Part shown: piece after piece, positions 8,643 through 17,440 of the stretch
How the letters are laid out: the number at the start of each line of letters is the position of its first letter
Numbering within the stretch: position 1 is the first letter of the stretch
Source: Candidatus Zixiibacteriota bacterium
GTDB taxonomy: Bacteria; Zixibacteria; MSB-5A5; CAIYYT01
Length of the DNA stretch: 24,608 nucleotides
Reading direction: 5' to 3'
NCBI GenBank assembly: GCA_040235515.1
Contig: JBECKX010000027.1
Location: 1-24,608 of the forward strand
Position numbers and translations under genes: made by a program
The notes under the pieces: model-generated
The model's input: only the letters and a program-made list of their open reading frames with translations
Database searches by the model: none
Told to the model about the DNA's origin: nothing

Positions 8643-9884
8643 ATGAGAGTCGCTAAATTTACAACTCCACTAGCAATAACAGCATTCCTCATGGTTGTCC
8701 TGTTTGGCGCGCTTCAAGCCCAGCCGGATGCCATCCAGCGTGACTCGTTGGAAGTCGCGACCGATTCACTCTCGCCGATGCCCGCCGTTGCCCCCCTGGT
8801 CAAGCCAGTCAATCCTTCAGCCGAAGACACCCCAAATGATGCCGGAAACAGCATGGATATCGCCTGGGAGCTGGGCAGCGACGATGCGGCCCGGGTGACC
8901 AAGTACCAGGTGATGCGCTCTGAGTCTCCCGATGGCCCTTACGAGGTGGTCGGCGAAACCACCCAGGGGCAGTCAAAATTTACAGATAATACGGTAGCGG
9001 CAGGGGTTGACTATTACTACAGGATCGTGGCTGTCAGTGATCCGCTGGGAGATGGGGTGACGAACTTCGCCTCGGCGGAATCAGACATTATCGGTCCCGC
9101 GGTCTCGACCGGACAATGGTTTAACACTCGTCGCCTCAATGTGCTGCTCTGGACCCTCGTGCTCTCCGGGTCGGTGATCTTCTATATTTACCGAGCCAAG
9201 GGTGGCGGAAATCTTTACATCAGGAAGATCGCCGGTATCGATGCCATCGACGAGGCAATCGGTCGTGCAACCGAGATGGGCCGGAAGGTGTTTTACGTAC
9301 CGGGCATCAACGACATGGATGATGTCCAAACGTTGGCATCTATTGCGATTCTCGGCCGAGTAGCGCGGTTGGCGGCTGAGAGCGATACCTACCTTGAGGT
9401 GCCGGTATCAAAATCGCTGGTGCTTATCACGGCACGCGAAACCGTCAAAGAAGCTTATTCCAAGGTCGGGCGACCCGACTCCTTCCGCGAAGAGCAAGTT
9501 CACTACGTGACAGATGATCAGTTCGGTTATGCCGCCGCTATCGATGGAATGGTGGTGAGGCAAAAACCGGCCACAATGATATATATGGGTGCCTTCTACG
9601 CCGAATCCCTGATTCTGGCGGAGACGGGAAACGCCGCCGGTGCGATTCAGATCGCGGGCACGGCGCAGCCCGCACAGCTGCCGTTCTTTGTGGCGGCCTG
9701 CGACTACACCTTGATCGGCGAGGAACTCTTCGCCGCGAGCGCCTATCTTGCCCGTGAACCGATGCTGCTTGGTTCGCTCAAGGGACAAGATATCGGCAAG
9801 GCGTTGTTTCTGGCATCAATCGTATTAGGGACCATACTCCAGCTACTGGGATTAGACTTCCAATGGTTGCTGAGGGTCAGTTAA
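8643..9884 (+). CDS. Module protein A1: signal peptide + FN3-like ectodomain + TM + DUF6754-like domain + C-terminal TM
   Basis: ATG 8643 follows AGGAG (8634-8638) and yields a signal peptide ending ALQA; FN3-like pattern (IAW...YQVMRS...FTD...YYYRIVAV); conserved AIDEAIGRATEMG, AESLILAETG and QLPFFVAACDYTLIGEELFAASAYL shared with A2 and A3. DUF6754 name is from recall, not a search. Confidence 0.8.
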   Translation: MRVAKFTTPLAITAFLMVVLFGALQAQPDAIQRDSLEVATDSLSPMPAVAPLVKPVNPSAEDTPNDAGNSMDIAWELGSDDAARVTKYQVMRSESPDGPYEVVGETTQGQSKFTDNTVAAGVDYYYRIVAVSDPLGDGVTNFASAESDIIGPAVSTGQWFNTRRLNVLLWTLVLSGSVIFYIYRAKGGGNLYIRKIAGIDAIDEAIGRATEMGRKVFYVPGINDMDDVQTLASIAILGRVARLAAESDTYLEVPVSKSLVLITARETVKEAYSKVGRPDSFREEQVHYVTDDQFGYAAAIDGMVVRQKPATMIYMGAFYAESLILAETGNAAGAIQIAGTAQPAQLPFFVAACDYTLIGEELFAASAYLAREPMLLGSLKGQDIGKALFLASIVLGTILQLLGLDFQWLLRVS

Positions 9885-9917
9885 CGAGAGGATCAATCCA
9901 GGTAAGACTCTGAAGCT

Positions 9918-10589
9918 ATGAAACGAGAAATCCCACTAATAATCACATTCGTCGCCGGCTGCGTGTTTGTAATCCAGTATTTCATTCCGCACTGGCCCTT
10001 CAACGAGTTTGAGCAGGTCTTTACCGACTGGTTCTCCATTGTACAGGCCTTTGCTATCTGGCTTGGCGCGCTCAGTCTGCTCAAGTTCTCGATGCTGAAG
10101 ATTCAGCGTCGCCAAAAAGATTGGTACATGTCGGTGATTATCATCGTTGGGTTTGCGGTGATGGTGGCTTACGGTGCTTACGACGGTTTTGTCGGTATGA
10201 ATGCAAATCCCGCCTATTCATTCCGCGATCCGGGGACCCACTTCGATTGGTTATACCAAAATATTTACACGCCGCTGACTTCGACGATGTTCGCGTTGCT
10301 GGCGTTTTTCGTGGCCTCGGCGTCGTATCGTGCCTTCCGGGCACGTAACTTCCAGGCAACGCTGCTGTTGATCGCCGGCATTCTCGTTATGATCGGCCGC
10401 GTGCCTGTGGGTGACTTGATCACGCAGTTTTTGCCGGAATCGTACCGGGCAGCAAATCTGGCGGATTGGATTATGAATCCGCTCAATGCTACGGGGCAGC
10501 GCGCGATCATGATCGGAATTGCATTGGGTACAGTGTCGACTTCCCTGCGAATAATACTTGGCATTGAAAGATCGCACCTGGAAGGCTAA
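9918..10589 (+). CDS. Module protein B1: uncharacterised polytopic membrane protein
   Basis: About 6 hydrophobic segments; MKR(E/Q)xPL start, TMFALLAFFVASASYRAFRARN, GQRAIMIGIALG and LGIERS shared with B2/B3. Confidence 0.85.
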   Translation: MKREIPLIITFVAGCVFVIQYFIPHWPFNEFEQVFTDWFSIVQAFAIWLGALSLLKFSMLKIQRRQKDWYMSVIIIVGFAVMVAYGAYDGFVGMNANPAYSFRDPGTHFDWLYQNIYTPLTSTMFALLAFFVASASYRAFRARNFQATLLLIAGILVMIGRVPVGDLITQFLPESYRAANLADWIMNPLNATGQRAIMIGIALGTVSTSLRIILGIERSHLEG

Positions 10590-10620
10590 CGTTGATGGAA
10601 GTTCTAGAGGGTAAGCTCGA

Positions 10621-11607
10621 GTGAAGAAAATAGTCCCGGTTATAGTACTGGCGCTTCTGTTTGCCATCGCGCTTTTCAACGATTCGGCGTTGGAACTGTC
10701 GCCGACCTGGTCCTGGGTAGTGACGATACTGCTTGGACTGGCGATGGTGGTGGTTCTTATCCTGTCGATGACAGGCAAGATGATCGAACGCAGAATTGTC
10801 TTCCTGTTCGTCGGCATCTCTCTCGTCCTGCCCTTTTTCATGAATTTCACGATGCCGCTGAATGTGTCACCCGTGGTTCAGACACTTTACGATGCTCTGA
10901 ACAAGCTACCGAAGGGGTCCAAAGTACTGGCGTCCTTCGACTATGATCCGCCATCGGCTCCGGAGCTGCAACCGATGGCCGATGCGTTCGTGAAGTGGGC
11001 GTTCAGGAATGATATCAAAGTCATCATCGTCGGTCTCTGGCCGCAGGGTCCCTTGCAGGCAAACCTCTCGGTCGAGGCTGCCATGGCTGATCCTGAGATC
11101 GCCGCCAAGAACCCGAAGTATGGTGTTGATTACGTAAACCTGGGATTCCAGACCGGAAATGAGTTCGTGATTCAGGGAATGGGCACGTCATTCAGGGCCA
11201 AGTTCCCGACGGATCTCTATAATACACCATATGACAGTATTCCACTGATGCGTGGCGTCGAGAACTTCAGCAACATCGATTTTGTAATGAACCTGTCGTC
11301 CGGTTATCCGGGCACGGTTGAATGGGTGCAGATTGCAGTTGACCGATTCGGAGTTCCGGTCGGCGCCGGCAATACGGCCGTTCAGGCGCCGCAGGTATAT
11401 CCTTACGTTGAGTCTGGACAGCTTACCGGGCTATTGGGGGGGATGTCCGGTGCAGCGGAATTCGAAAAGGCGACCGGTGAGGCAGGCCAGGCCAATACAT
11501 TTTTGTTGTCTCAGTCATTTGCGCATCTCGTAGTCGTTGGTTTCATATTGATTGGAAACGTGGCCCTCTTCATTGGGCAAAATAGGCGGCGAGCCCCTCT
11601 GGTGTAG
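10621..11607 (+). CDS. Module protein C1: uncharacterised membrane-anchored alpha/beta-domain protein
   Basis: GTG start; N-terminal TMs, RRIVF, DYDP...ELQPMA, YGVDYVNLG, PTD...DSIP, GLLGGMSGAAEFE, AH...FILIGN and basic C-terminus, shared with C2/C3. Confidence 0.85.
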   Translation: MKKIVPVIVLALLFAIALFNDSALELSPTWSWVVTILLGLAMVVVLILSMTGKMIERRIVFLFVGISLVLPFFMNFTMPLNVSPVVQTLYDALNKLPKGSKVLASFDYDPPSAPELQPMADAFVKWAFRNDIKVIIVGLWPQGPLQANLSVEAAMADPEIAAKNPKYGVDYVNLGFQTGNEFVIQGMGTSFRAKFPTDLYNTPYDSIPLMRGVENFSNIDFVMNLSSGYPGTVEWVQIAVDRFGVPVGAGNTAVQAPQVYPYVESGQLTGLLGGMSGAAEFEKATGEAGQANTFLLSQSFAHLVVVGFILIGNVALFIGQNRRRAPLV

Positions 11608-11651
11608 CCTCGGGAAGATGAACAGTAGCTTGAGAGTGATTTGGTAGAAAG

Positions 11652-12305
11652 ATGCAGTTCGATATAGGTATCTGGATAGCGGCCCTGCTGACGCTGGGGA
11701 TTATATCGTTCCTCTATAAGGACAACGTCATCTACAAAGTGAGCGAGGCGATCTTTGTGGGTGTTTCTGCCGGCTTCTGGTTTATCTCGCTATTCTGGGA
11801 TAACATCTACCGCAAGTTCTGGGTAGGTGTGTTTCCAGACCCGACATCGGGCAAAGAGCCGCAATATATCCTTTTCGGTGGTGTGTTGCTTGGCGTGCTG
11901 ATGCTATCGCGCCTCTTTGGCAACAAAGCCGGCTGGATATCAAGATGGCCGCTGGCCTTCATCGTGGGTGCGACGGCTGGCTTAAAGATGATCACCTTCC
12001 TTGCCTCCAATGCGGTTGCCCAGATCAATGCGACCGTAGGGAATTTCGTCGCGGCGGTGGCCGCGCCGACTTTCGCCGGTCTGGTCACGGCCTCGACCGT
12101 GACTATCGGGACTTTCTGCGGATTGGTCTACTTCTTCTTCTCTAAGGAGCATAAAGGCTGGTTTGGTGGACTTGCACAAGTCGGTACCTGGGTGCTGATG
12201 ATCACCTTCGGTGCCTCGTTCGGATATACGGTCATGAGCCGTATGTCACTTCTGCTGGGGCGAATTGATTTCTTATTGTCTGACTGGCTGCATTTGATCA
12301 AGTAG
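11652..12305 (+). CDS. Module protein D1: uncharacterised polytopic membrane protein
   Basis: SFLYKDN, VGVSAG, WISRWP, YFFFSKEHKGWFG and FGASFGYTVMSR shared with D2/D3. Confidence 0.85.
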   Translation: MQFDIGIWIAALLTLGIISFLYKDNVIYKVSEAIFVGVSAGFWFISLFWDNIYRKFWVGVFPDPTSGKEPQYILFGGVLLGVLMLSRLFGNKAGWISRWPLAFIVGATAGLKMITFLASNAVAQINATVGNFVAAVAAPTFAGLVTASTVTIGTFCGLVYFFFSKEHKGWFGGLAQVGTWVLMITFGASFGYTVMSRMSLLLGRIDFLLSDWLHLIK

Positions 12306-12369
12306 TCTGAGCTACTCGATCGGTGTGTAAACACTCAAGCAGGGAGACGCTGCTATCAAGCGACCCGGA

Positions 12370-13638
12370 ATGACAGCAAAGCTCTATACAACGATTACTG
12401 CAATAACGATTACTGCACTTTCTTTACTATTACTTCTCATCGCGGCGCCGCATGCGCTCCTCGCGCAATCGGATGCAGTGGCGGAAAGCCCTGATAGCGC
12501 TACGACTGCAGTGGCACAAGTCCCCGACCTCGGACCAATCCTGATCACGGTTGAGGATTTCCCCAGTGATGCCGGTGAGGCTTTGATCATTGGCTGGGAG
12601 GACCCCGGCTACGTATCGTTGCCCGATTTCATCGAGTACCGCGTGACGCGTTACACGGATGATAGCGACAACGGTATGGTGATCGGAACTTCAGTGCTGA
12701 ATCCCGAGGTGATCGATGGGGAGGCCTCGCACAGTATCGCCCACAGCTACACCGTAGCTGCGGTGTTTCCGGACCATGAAGTGATCTCAGCCCGCAGCGA
12801 GCCGGCCATGGCCGAGATTCAATGGGTTGCGGCGGACAAGTATGCGGTGATAATCATCGGCATCTTCGTCTGTGCCGCCGTGATATTCTTCATCGAGACA
12901 GCCAAGCGTGGAAAAACTCTCTTCCTGCGCCGGATCGCCGGTCTTGAAGCGATCGACGAAGCCGTTGGGCGTGCAACCGAAATGGGTCGCCCGATCCTCT
13001 TTGTCGCCGGAATTCAGGATATGGATGATGTGCAAACACTGGCGGGGCTGACGATACTGGGTCGTGTCGCGCGCACCGTTGCGCAGTACGACTCAAAGAT
13101 CAATATGCCGTGTCGCGCTTCACTGGTAATGACCGCCGGGCGCGAAGTGATCAAGGAAGCCTACAATGTCGCCGGTCGTCCCGATGCTTACAGCGACGAT
13201 ATGGTGCACTATGTTACCGACGAGCAGTTCGGGTTCGTGGCAGCGACGAATGGTATTATGGTACGCGAGAAGCCTGCCACTTGCTTTTATCTGGGAGCAT
13301 TCTTCGCCGAATCACTCATTCTCGCCGAAACCGGAAACTCTATCGAGGCAATTCAGATAGCGGGTACCGCGATGCCCGCGCAGTTGCCGTTCTTTGTGGC
13401 GGCATGTGACTACACTTTGATCGGTGAAGAGTTGTTCGCAGCATCAGCCTATCTCTCTGAGGAACCACGTCAGCTTGGTTCGCTCAAGGGGCAGGATGTG
13501 GGCAAGGCGCTCGCCATGATCGCGATCGTCGTTGGCGGCATTTCGGTCACACTCGCTCAGGCATGGGATATCGGTTTGTTCCAGGTTATCGAGTCCGCGC
13601 TGCGCACAGCATTTAACATCCAGTTGCCGGTGAGATAA
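12370..13638 (+). CDS. Module protein A2 (diverged FN3-like ectodomain + DUF6754-like domain)
   Basis: Signal peptide ending LLA; AIDEAVGRATEMG, AESLILAETG, QLPFFVAACDYTLIGEELFAASAYL, GSLKGQD. Confidence 0.85.
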   Translation: MTAKLYTTITAITITALSLLLLLIAAPHALLAQSDAVAESPDSATTAVAQVPDLGPILITVEDFPSDAGEALIIGWEDPGYVSLPDFIEYRVTRYTDDSDNGMVIGTSVLNPEVIDGEASHSIAHSYTVAAVFPDHEVISARSEPAMAEIQWVAADKYAVIIIGIFVCAAVIFFIETAKRGKTLFLRRIAGLEAIDEAVGRATEMGRPILFVAGIQDMDDVQTLAGLTILGRVARTVAQYDSKINMPCRASLVMTAGREVIKEAYNVAGRPDAYSDDMVHYVTDEQFGFVAATNGIMVREKPATCFYLGAFFAESLILAETGNSIEAIQIAGTAMPAQLPFFVAACDYTLIGEELFAASAYLSEEPRQLGSLKGQDVGKALAMIAIVVGGISVTLAQAWDIGLFQVIESALRTAFNIQLPVR

Positions 13639-13653
13639 GGGTATTACTGCAAG

Positions 13654-14319
13654 ATGAAAAGACAGATACCTCTCATAATCATCATGACCGTCGGCTGGGT
13701 ACTGATGGTGTCAGTATTCGTTCCACCGTTCGAGAGCTGGGGCGAGGAAGCTTCGCTATTCTTCGACATCATTGCGGTGTTTGCCTTCTTCCTCGGTGGT
13801 GGCAACCTGATCAGGGTGCATTTCACCAAGATCAACAGAAAGAGTGAGGGGTGGGGTTTCTCGGTCGTGACGGTAGCGGGGTTTGCGGTGATGCTTATCC
13901 TGGGGCTGTTCAAGATCGGTGGCAGCATCTCCGCACCGGTTGACACCGCAGGGACACCGTTCGAATTGATGTTCCGCTATGTGATGTCGCCATTGCAGGC
14001 GACGATGTACTCGTTGCTGGCGTTCTACGTGGCCTCGGCATCGTATCGGGCGTTCCGCGCACGCAACATCGAGGCAACCATCCTTCTGATTGCTGCATTC
14101 GTGATTCTGCTCGGTCGCACGCCGTTCGGGTTCTATCTCACGGCGTGGATTCCAGAGTCATTCTCAATTCTTGAGATTCCGAATATGGCGGTTTGGATCA
14201 TGAACTCACCCAATCTGGCGGGCCAGCGTGCGATCATGATCGGTATTGCGCTTGGCGTGATATCGATGTCGCTGCGACTCCTGCTCGGTATCGAACGCAG
14301 CTACCTGGGGGGTGACTGA
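13654..14319 (+). CDS. Module protein B2
   Basis: MKRQIPL, ATMYSLLAFYVASASYRAFRARN, GQRAIMIGIALG, LGIERSYLG. Confidence 0.85.
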   Translation: MKRQIPLIIIMTVGWVLMVSVFVPPFESWGEEASLFFDIIAVFAFFLGGGNLIRVHFTKINRKSEGWGFSVVTVAGFAVMLILGLFKIGGSISAPVDTAGTPFELMFRYVMSPLQATMYSLLAFYVASASYRAFRARNIEATILLIAAFVILLGRTPFGFYLTAWIPESFSILEIPNMAVWIMNSPNLAGQRAIMIGIALGVISMSLRLLLGIERSYLGGD

Positions 14320-15236
14320 TGACTTTCCAACAGTACATTCCGATTATCGTTGTCGGCATCGGGCTGATCTGGATCTTCATCCGTTCATGGCGTGGTCAGG
14401 ATGTGGACCGCCGCATCGTATTCAGCTTCATCGGCCTGACGGTTGCCCTGGCGCTGATTTTCCAGGTGATGTTTGGTGAGCGCGCTACCGCGATTGTCAG
14501 AGCGGCTTATGACAAGATCGAAAATCTTCCTGAGGGGTCACGCATACTCCTCTCATACGACTTTGATCCGGCCATGGCGCCTGAGGTTCACCCGATGGCC
14601 AACTCCTTTATCCGCCATGCAATGGCGAAGAATCACAAGCTCTATCTCTATTCGCTGTGGGCGACCGGGCAGACTTTGTTGCAGGAGAGTTTGACTGAGG
14701 TACTGGAGCCTGAGTTTCCGGAGAAGGAGTATGGCAAAGACTGGGTCGTCATGGGCTACAAGGCGGGTAACGAGGGTGTGTTGAATGTGATCGTGACAGA
14801 TATTCGCAAGATGTATCCGACTGATGTCCACAATACATCGCTCGATTCACTGCCAATCTACGATGGTGTAAAATCCCTTAAAGATTTTGATCTGCTGATT
14901 TCGGTTGGTGGTGGCAAGCCGGGCGTAAAAGAATGGGTGCTCTTCGCTGGTGACCGGGCAAACGTACCTGTCGCCGGCGGGTCCGCTGCGGTGTCTGCAC
15001 CGTTGCTTTATCCCTACTATCCCCGCCAGTTGATCGGACTGTTGGGCGGAACCAAGGGAGCCGCTGAATATGAGTCGGAGTTGATCCGTGAATATCCGCG
15101 CTTTGCCGATATTGACACACCGGCTTTACGGATGATGGGTCCGCAGACGATGGCGCATGTCGTGATCATTGCGTTCATCCTGATCGGCAACGTCGCGTAC
15201 TTCCGTGGTAAGCGCAAGAGGAGGTCTGAGGTATAG
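14319..15236 (+). CDS. Module protein C2
   Basis: TGATG overlap with B2; RRIVF, DFDP...EVHPMA, YGKDWV, PTD...DSLP, GLLGGTKGAAEYE, AH...FILIGN, C-terminal RGKRKRR. Confidence 0.85.
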   Translation: MTFQQYIPIIVVGIGLIWIFIRSWRGQDVDRRIVFSFIGLTVALALIFQVMFGERATAIVRAAYDKIENLPEGSRILLSYDFDPAMAPEVHPMANSFIRHAMAKNHKLYLYSLWATGQTLLQESLTEVLEPEFPEKEYGKDWVVMGYKAGNEGVLNVIVTDIRKMYPTDVHNTSLDSLPIYDGVKSLKDFDLLISVGGGKPGVKEWVLFAGDRANVPVAGGSAAVSAPLLYPYYPRQLIGLLGGTKGAAEYESELIREYPRFADIDTPALRMMGPQTMAHVVIIAFILIGNVAYFRGKRKRRSEV

Positions 15237-16067
15237 ATGGCCAACTCTAAGAACTTGATGCGCATCATCTCGGCGGCTGTTGCGCTGGCATTTGTCATCA
15301 GCTGGATCTTCAAGAGCATGAACGGCATGGAAGACACGACGTGGCTCAATGTCCGCCAGGGCGCGCTGGTGACGATAGCGGCTTTCCTTACGCTGTCGAT
15401 CTACTCATTCCTGTATGGCGACAATCCGTTCTACCGATTTGCGGAACACCTGTTCGTGGGAGTCTCGGCGGCGTACTGGATGTCGCTCGGATTCTGGAGC
15501 ACGATTGTAGGAAATCTGGTGCCACGCACGCATCCCGCCATTGCTGATTTCTTCCAGATCGCCTACAGCCAGGATATACCGACTTACCTGCGCCTTATTA
15601 TGATCATACCGGTGGTGCTGGGCATACTGCTCCTGTTGCGGTTGGTGCCCAAGGTCTCGTGGATATCACGCTGGCCACTGGCTTTCATCATCGGCACAAC
15701 CGCCGGCCTTAACCTGCCACGTTACCTTCAGTCAGACTTTATCCAACAGATCAACAATACGTTCATCACGATGTTGCCGGCCTGGGAGGGTTTCGGCTCC
15801 TTCTTCTCCAACTTCTCGTTCTCCGCGTCGGGACAGTTCGCCATGATTATGTCGAACATCGTCATCTTCGTCGGTGTGGTGTGTGGCCTGGTTTACTTCT
15901 TCTTCTCGAAGGAACACCGTGGCTGGTTTGGGGTAGCATCACGCATCGGAATCTGGGTCTTGATGATCACGTTCGGTGCGTCGTTCGGTTACACCGTGAT
16001 GGGCAGAATTTCACTGCTAGTGGGTAGAATTACCTTTTTATTCCACGACTGGTTGAATATACTTTAG
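15237..16067 (+). CDS. Module protein D2 (extra N-terminal TM)
   Basis: Abuts the C2 stop (TAGATG); SFLYGDN, VGVSA, WISRWP, YFFFSKEHRGWFG, FGASFGYTVMGR. Confidence 0.85.
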   Translation: MANSKNLMRIISAAVALAFVISWIFKSMNGMEDTTWLNVRQGALVTIAAFLTLSIYSFLYGDNPFYRFAEHLFVGVSAAYWMSLGFWSTIVGNLVPRTHPAIADFFQIAYSQDIPTYLRLIMIIPVVLGILLLLRLVPKVSWISRWPLAFIIGTTAGLNLPRYLQSDFIQQINNTFITMLPAWEGFGSFFSNFSFSASGQFAMIMSNIVIFVGVVCGLVYFFFSKEHRGWFGVASRIGIWVLMITFGASFGYTVMGRISLLVGRITFLFHDWLNIL

Positions 16068-16159
16068 GCCAAAGCCGGCAAAGAGAGTTTAGTCAGGCAG
16101 ACGATCGCGCACTGAATTTGACTTTGAATTTTATTCTAATATCAGGTAAGAGGTAGCTA

Positions 16160-17425
16160 GTGCAAAAACTGGTGCAGAGAGCAGCCATTTTCTTTCTAGC
16201 GCTCCTGTGTATCGGCATCACTCCGCTGTTGGCGCAGTCGGGTGCTGATACCAGCGGAAGTGCGATGGATGATATGGCGCAGGCGACCATGGCAGATCTG
16301 CCCGTGCCTCCCGCTCCACCGACCAACGTTACCGTTCAGGATCGCTCCAACGACAATGGTACGGGAGTGATCGTGCGGTGGACCGCGTCGGCCGATGAGG
16401 GAGCCGCAGGCAAGGTCTTGATGTACAAGGTCTATCGCTCGCTGGTGTCCGATGCCCCGTTCGACCAATGGGTGGAGCGTGGCCAGGTGCAGATTAACGG
16501 TGGCGAGTATTCCTATGTCGACGAGGGAGCACGAGATAAGGACAAGTCAGATTATTTCCCGAAAGGTGTCGATCTCTTTTACAGGGTCGCGGCGGTAAGC
16601 GCCGATACGTTCGGTCTGTCGGCGAGTTCCGATCCGGTGCAGTCGGCCGATGAATGGTACAACACGACGCGAACCACCGTGCTGGTCTTCGTGCTGGTTT
16701 TCTTCGGGTTTACCCTCTACTTCATTAACGTAGCCAAAACAGGTAAGAGCCTTTATGTCCGCCCGCTGGCCGGCATTGAGGCGGTAGACGAGGCGATCGG
16801 TCGCGCAACCGAGATGGGCAAGCCGATCCTTTATGTGCTGGGTCTCGGAACGGCATCCGACATCGCCACCATCGCATCATTTTCGGTGCTCGGTCGTGTT
16901 GCCAAAAAGGTGGCGGAGTATCAGACACCGATTCTGGTGCCGTGCTACGATCCGATCGTGCTGACGGTGGCGGAGGAGACGGTGAAGACCGGTTACTCCG
17001 ATGCCGGTCGTCCAGACGACTATAAGGATGACTCGGTATACTTCGTGACGCAGTCGCAGTTCGCTTATGTCGCGGCCGTCAACGGCACGATGCTGCGTGA
17101 ACTCCCCGCGACGAATATCTATCTTGGAAAATTCTACGCCGAATCACTGCTGCTGGCTGAAACGGGAGCGGTGACCGGCTCGATCCAGATCTCCGGTACG
17201 GATGAAATCGCGCAGCTGCCGTTCTTCGTGGTGGCGTGCGACTATACCCTGATCGGCGAGGAGCTCTATGCGGCGAGTGTCTACCTGAATCGCGAACCGA
17301 TCCTGATGGGCACTCTGAAGGCACAGGATTACGCGAAGGCGTTCGTGCTGTTTTCGATAGCTGTCGGGTTGCTTGGACGAGTGGTTGCACCCGATTTACT
17401 TCACACAATCTTTAACATCAAGTAA
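16160..17425 (+). CDS. Module protein A3 (FN3-like ectodomain + DUF6754-like domain)
   Basis: GTG start after AAGAGG; signal peptide ending LLA; PPTNVTV...VRW...YKVYRS...YVD...YRVAAV; AVDEAIGRATEMG, QLPFFVVACDYTLIGEELYAAS. Confidence 0.85.
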   Translation: MQKLVQRAAIFFLALLCIGITPLLAQSGADTSGSAMDDMAQATMADLPVPPAPPTNVTVQDRSNDNGTGVIVRWTASADEGAAGKVLMYKVYRSLVSDAPFDQWVERGQVQINGGEYSYVDEGARDKDKSDYFPKGVDLFYRVAAVSADTFGLSASSDPVQSADEWYNTTRTTVLVFVLVFFGFTLYFINVAKTGKSLYVRPLAGIEAVDEAIGRATEMGKPILYVLGLGTASDIATIASFSVLGRVAKKVAEYQTPILVPCYDPIVLTVAEETVKTGYSDAGRPDDYKDDSVYFVTQSQFAYVAAVNGTMLRELPATNIYLGKFYAESLLLAETGAVTGSIQISGTDEIAQLPFFVVACDYTLIGEELYAASVYLNREPILMGTLKAQDYAKAFVLFSIAVGLLGRVVAPDLLHTIFNIK

Positions 17426-17440
17426 CTGGAGGACCGGTAA

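Noticed and set aside
16118..16142. Internal promoter before module 3 (TTGACT...TAATAT)
   Set aside because: The spacer is only 13 nt; the gap is AT-rich but no correctly spaced pair was found.
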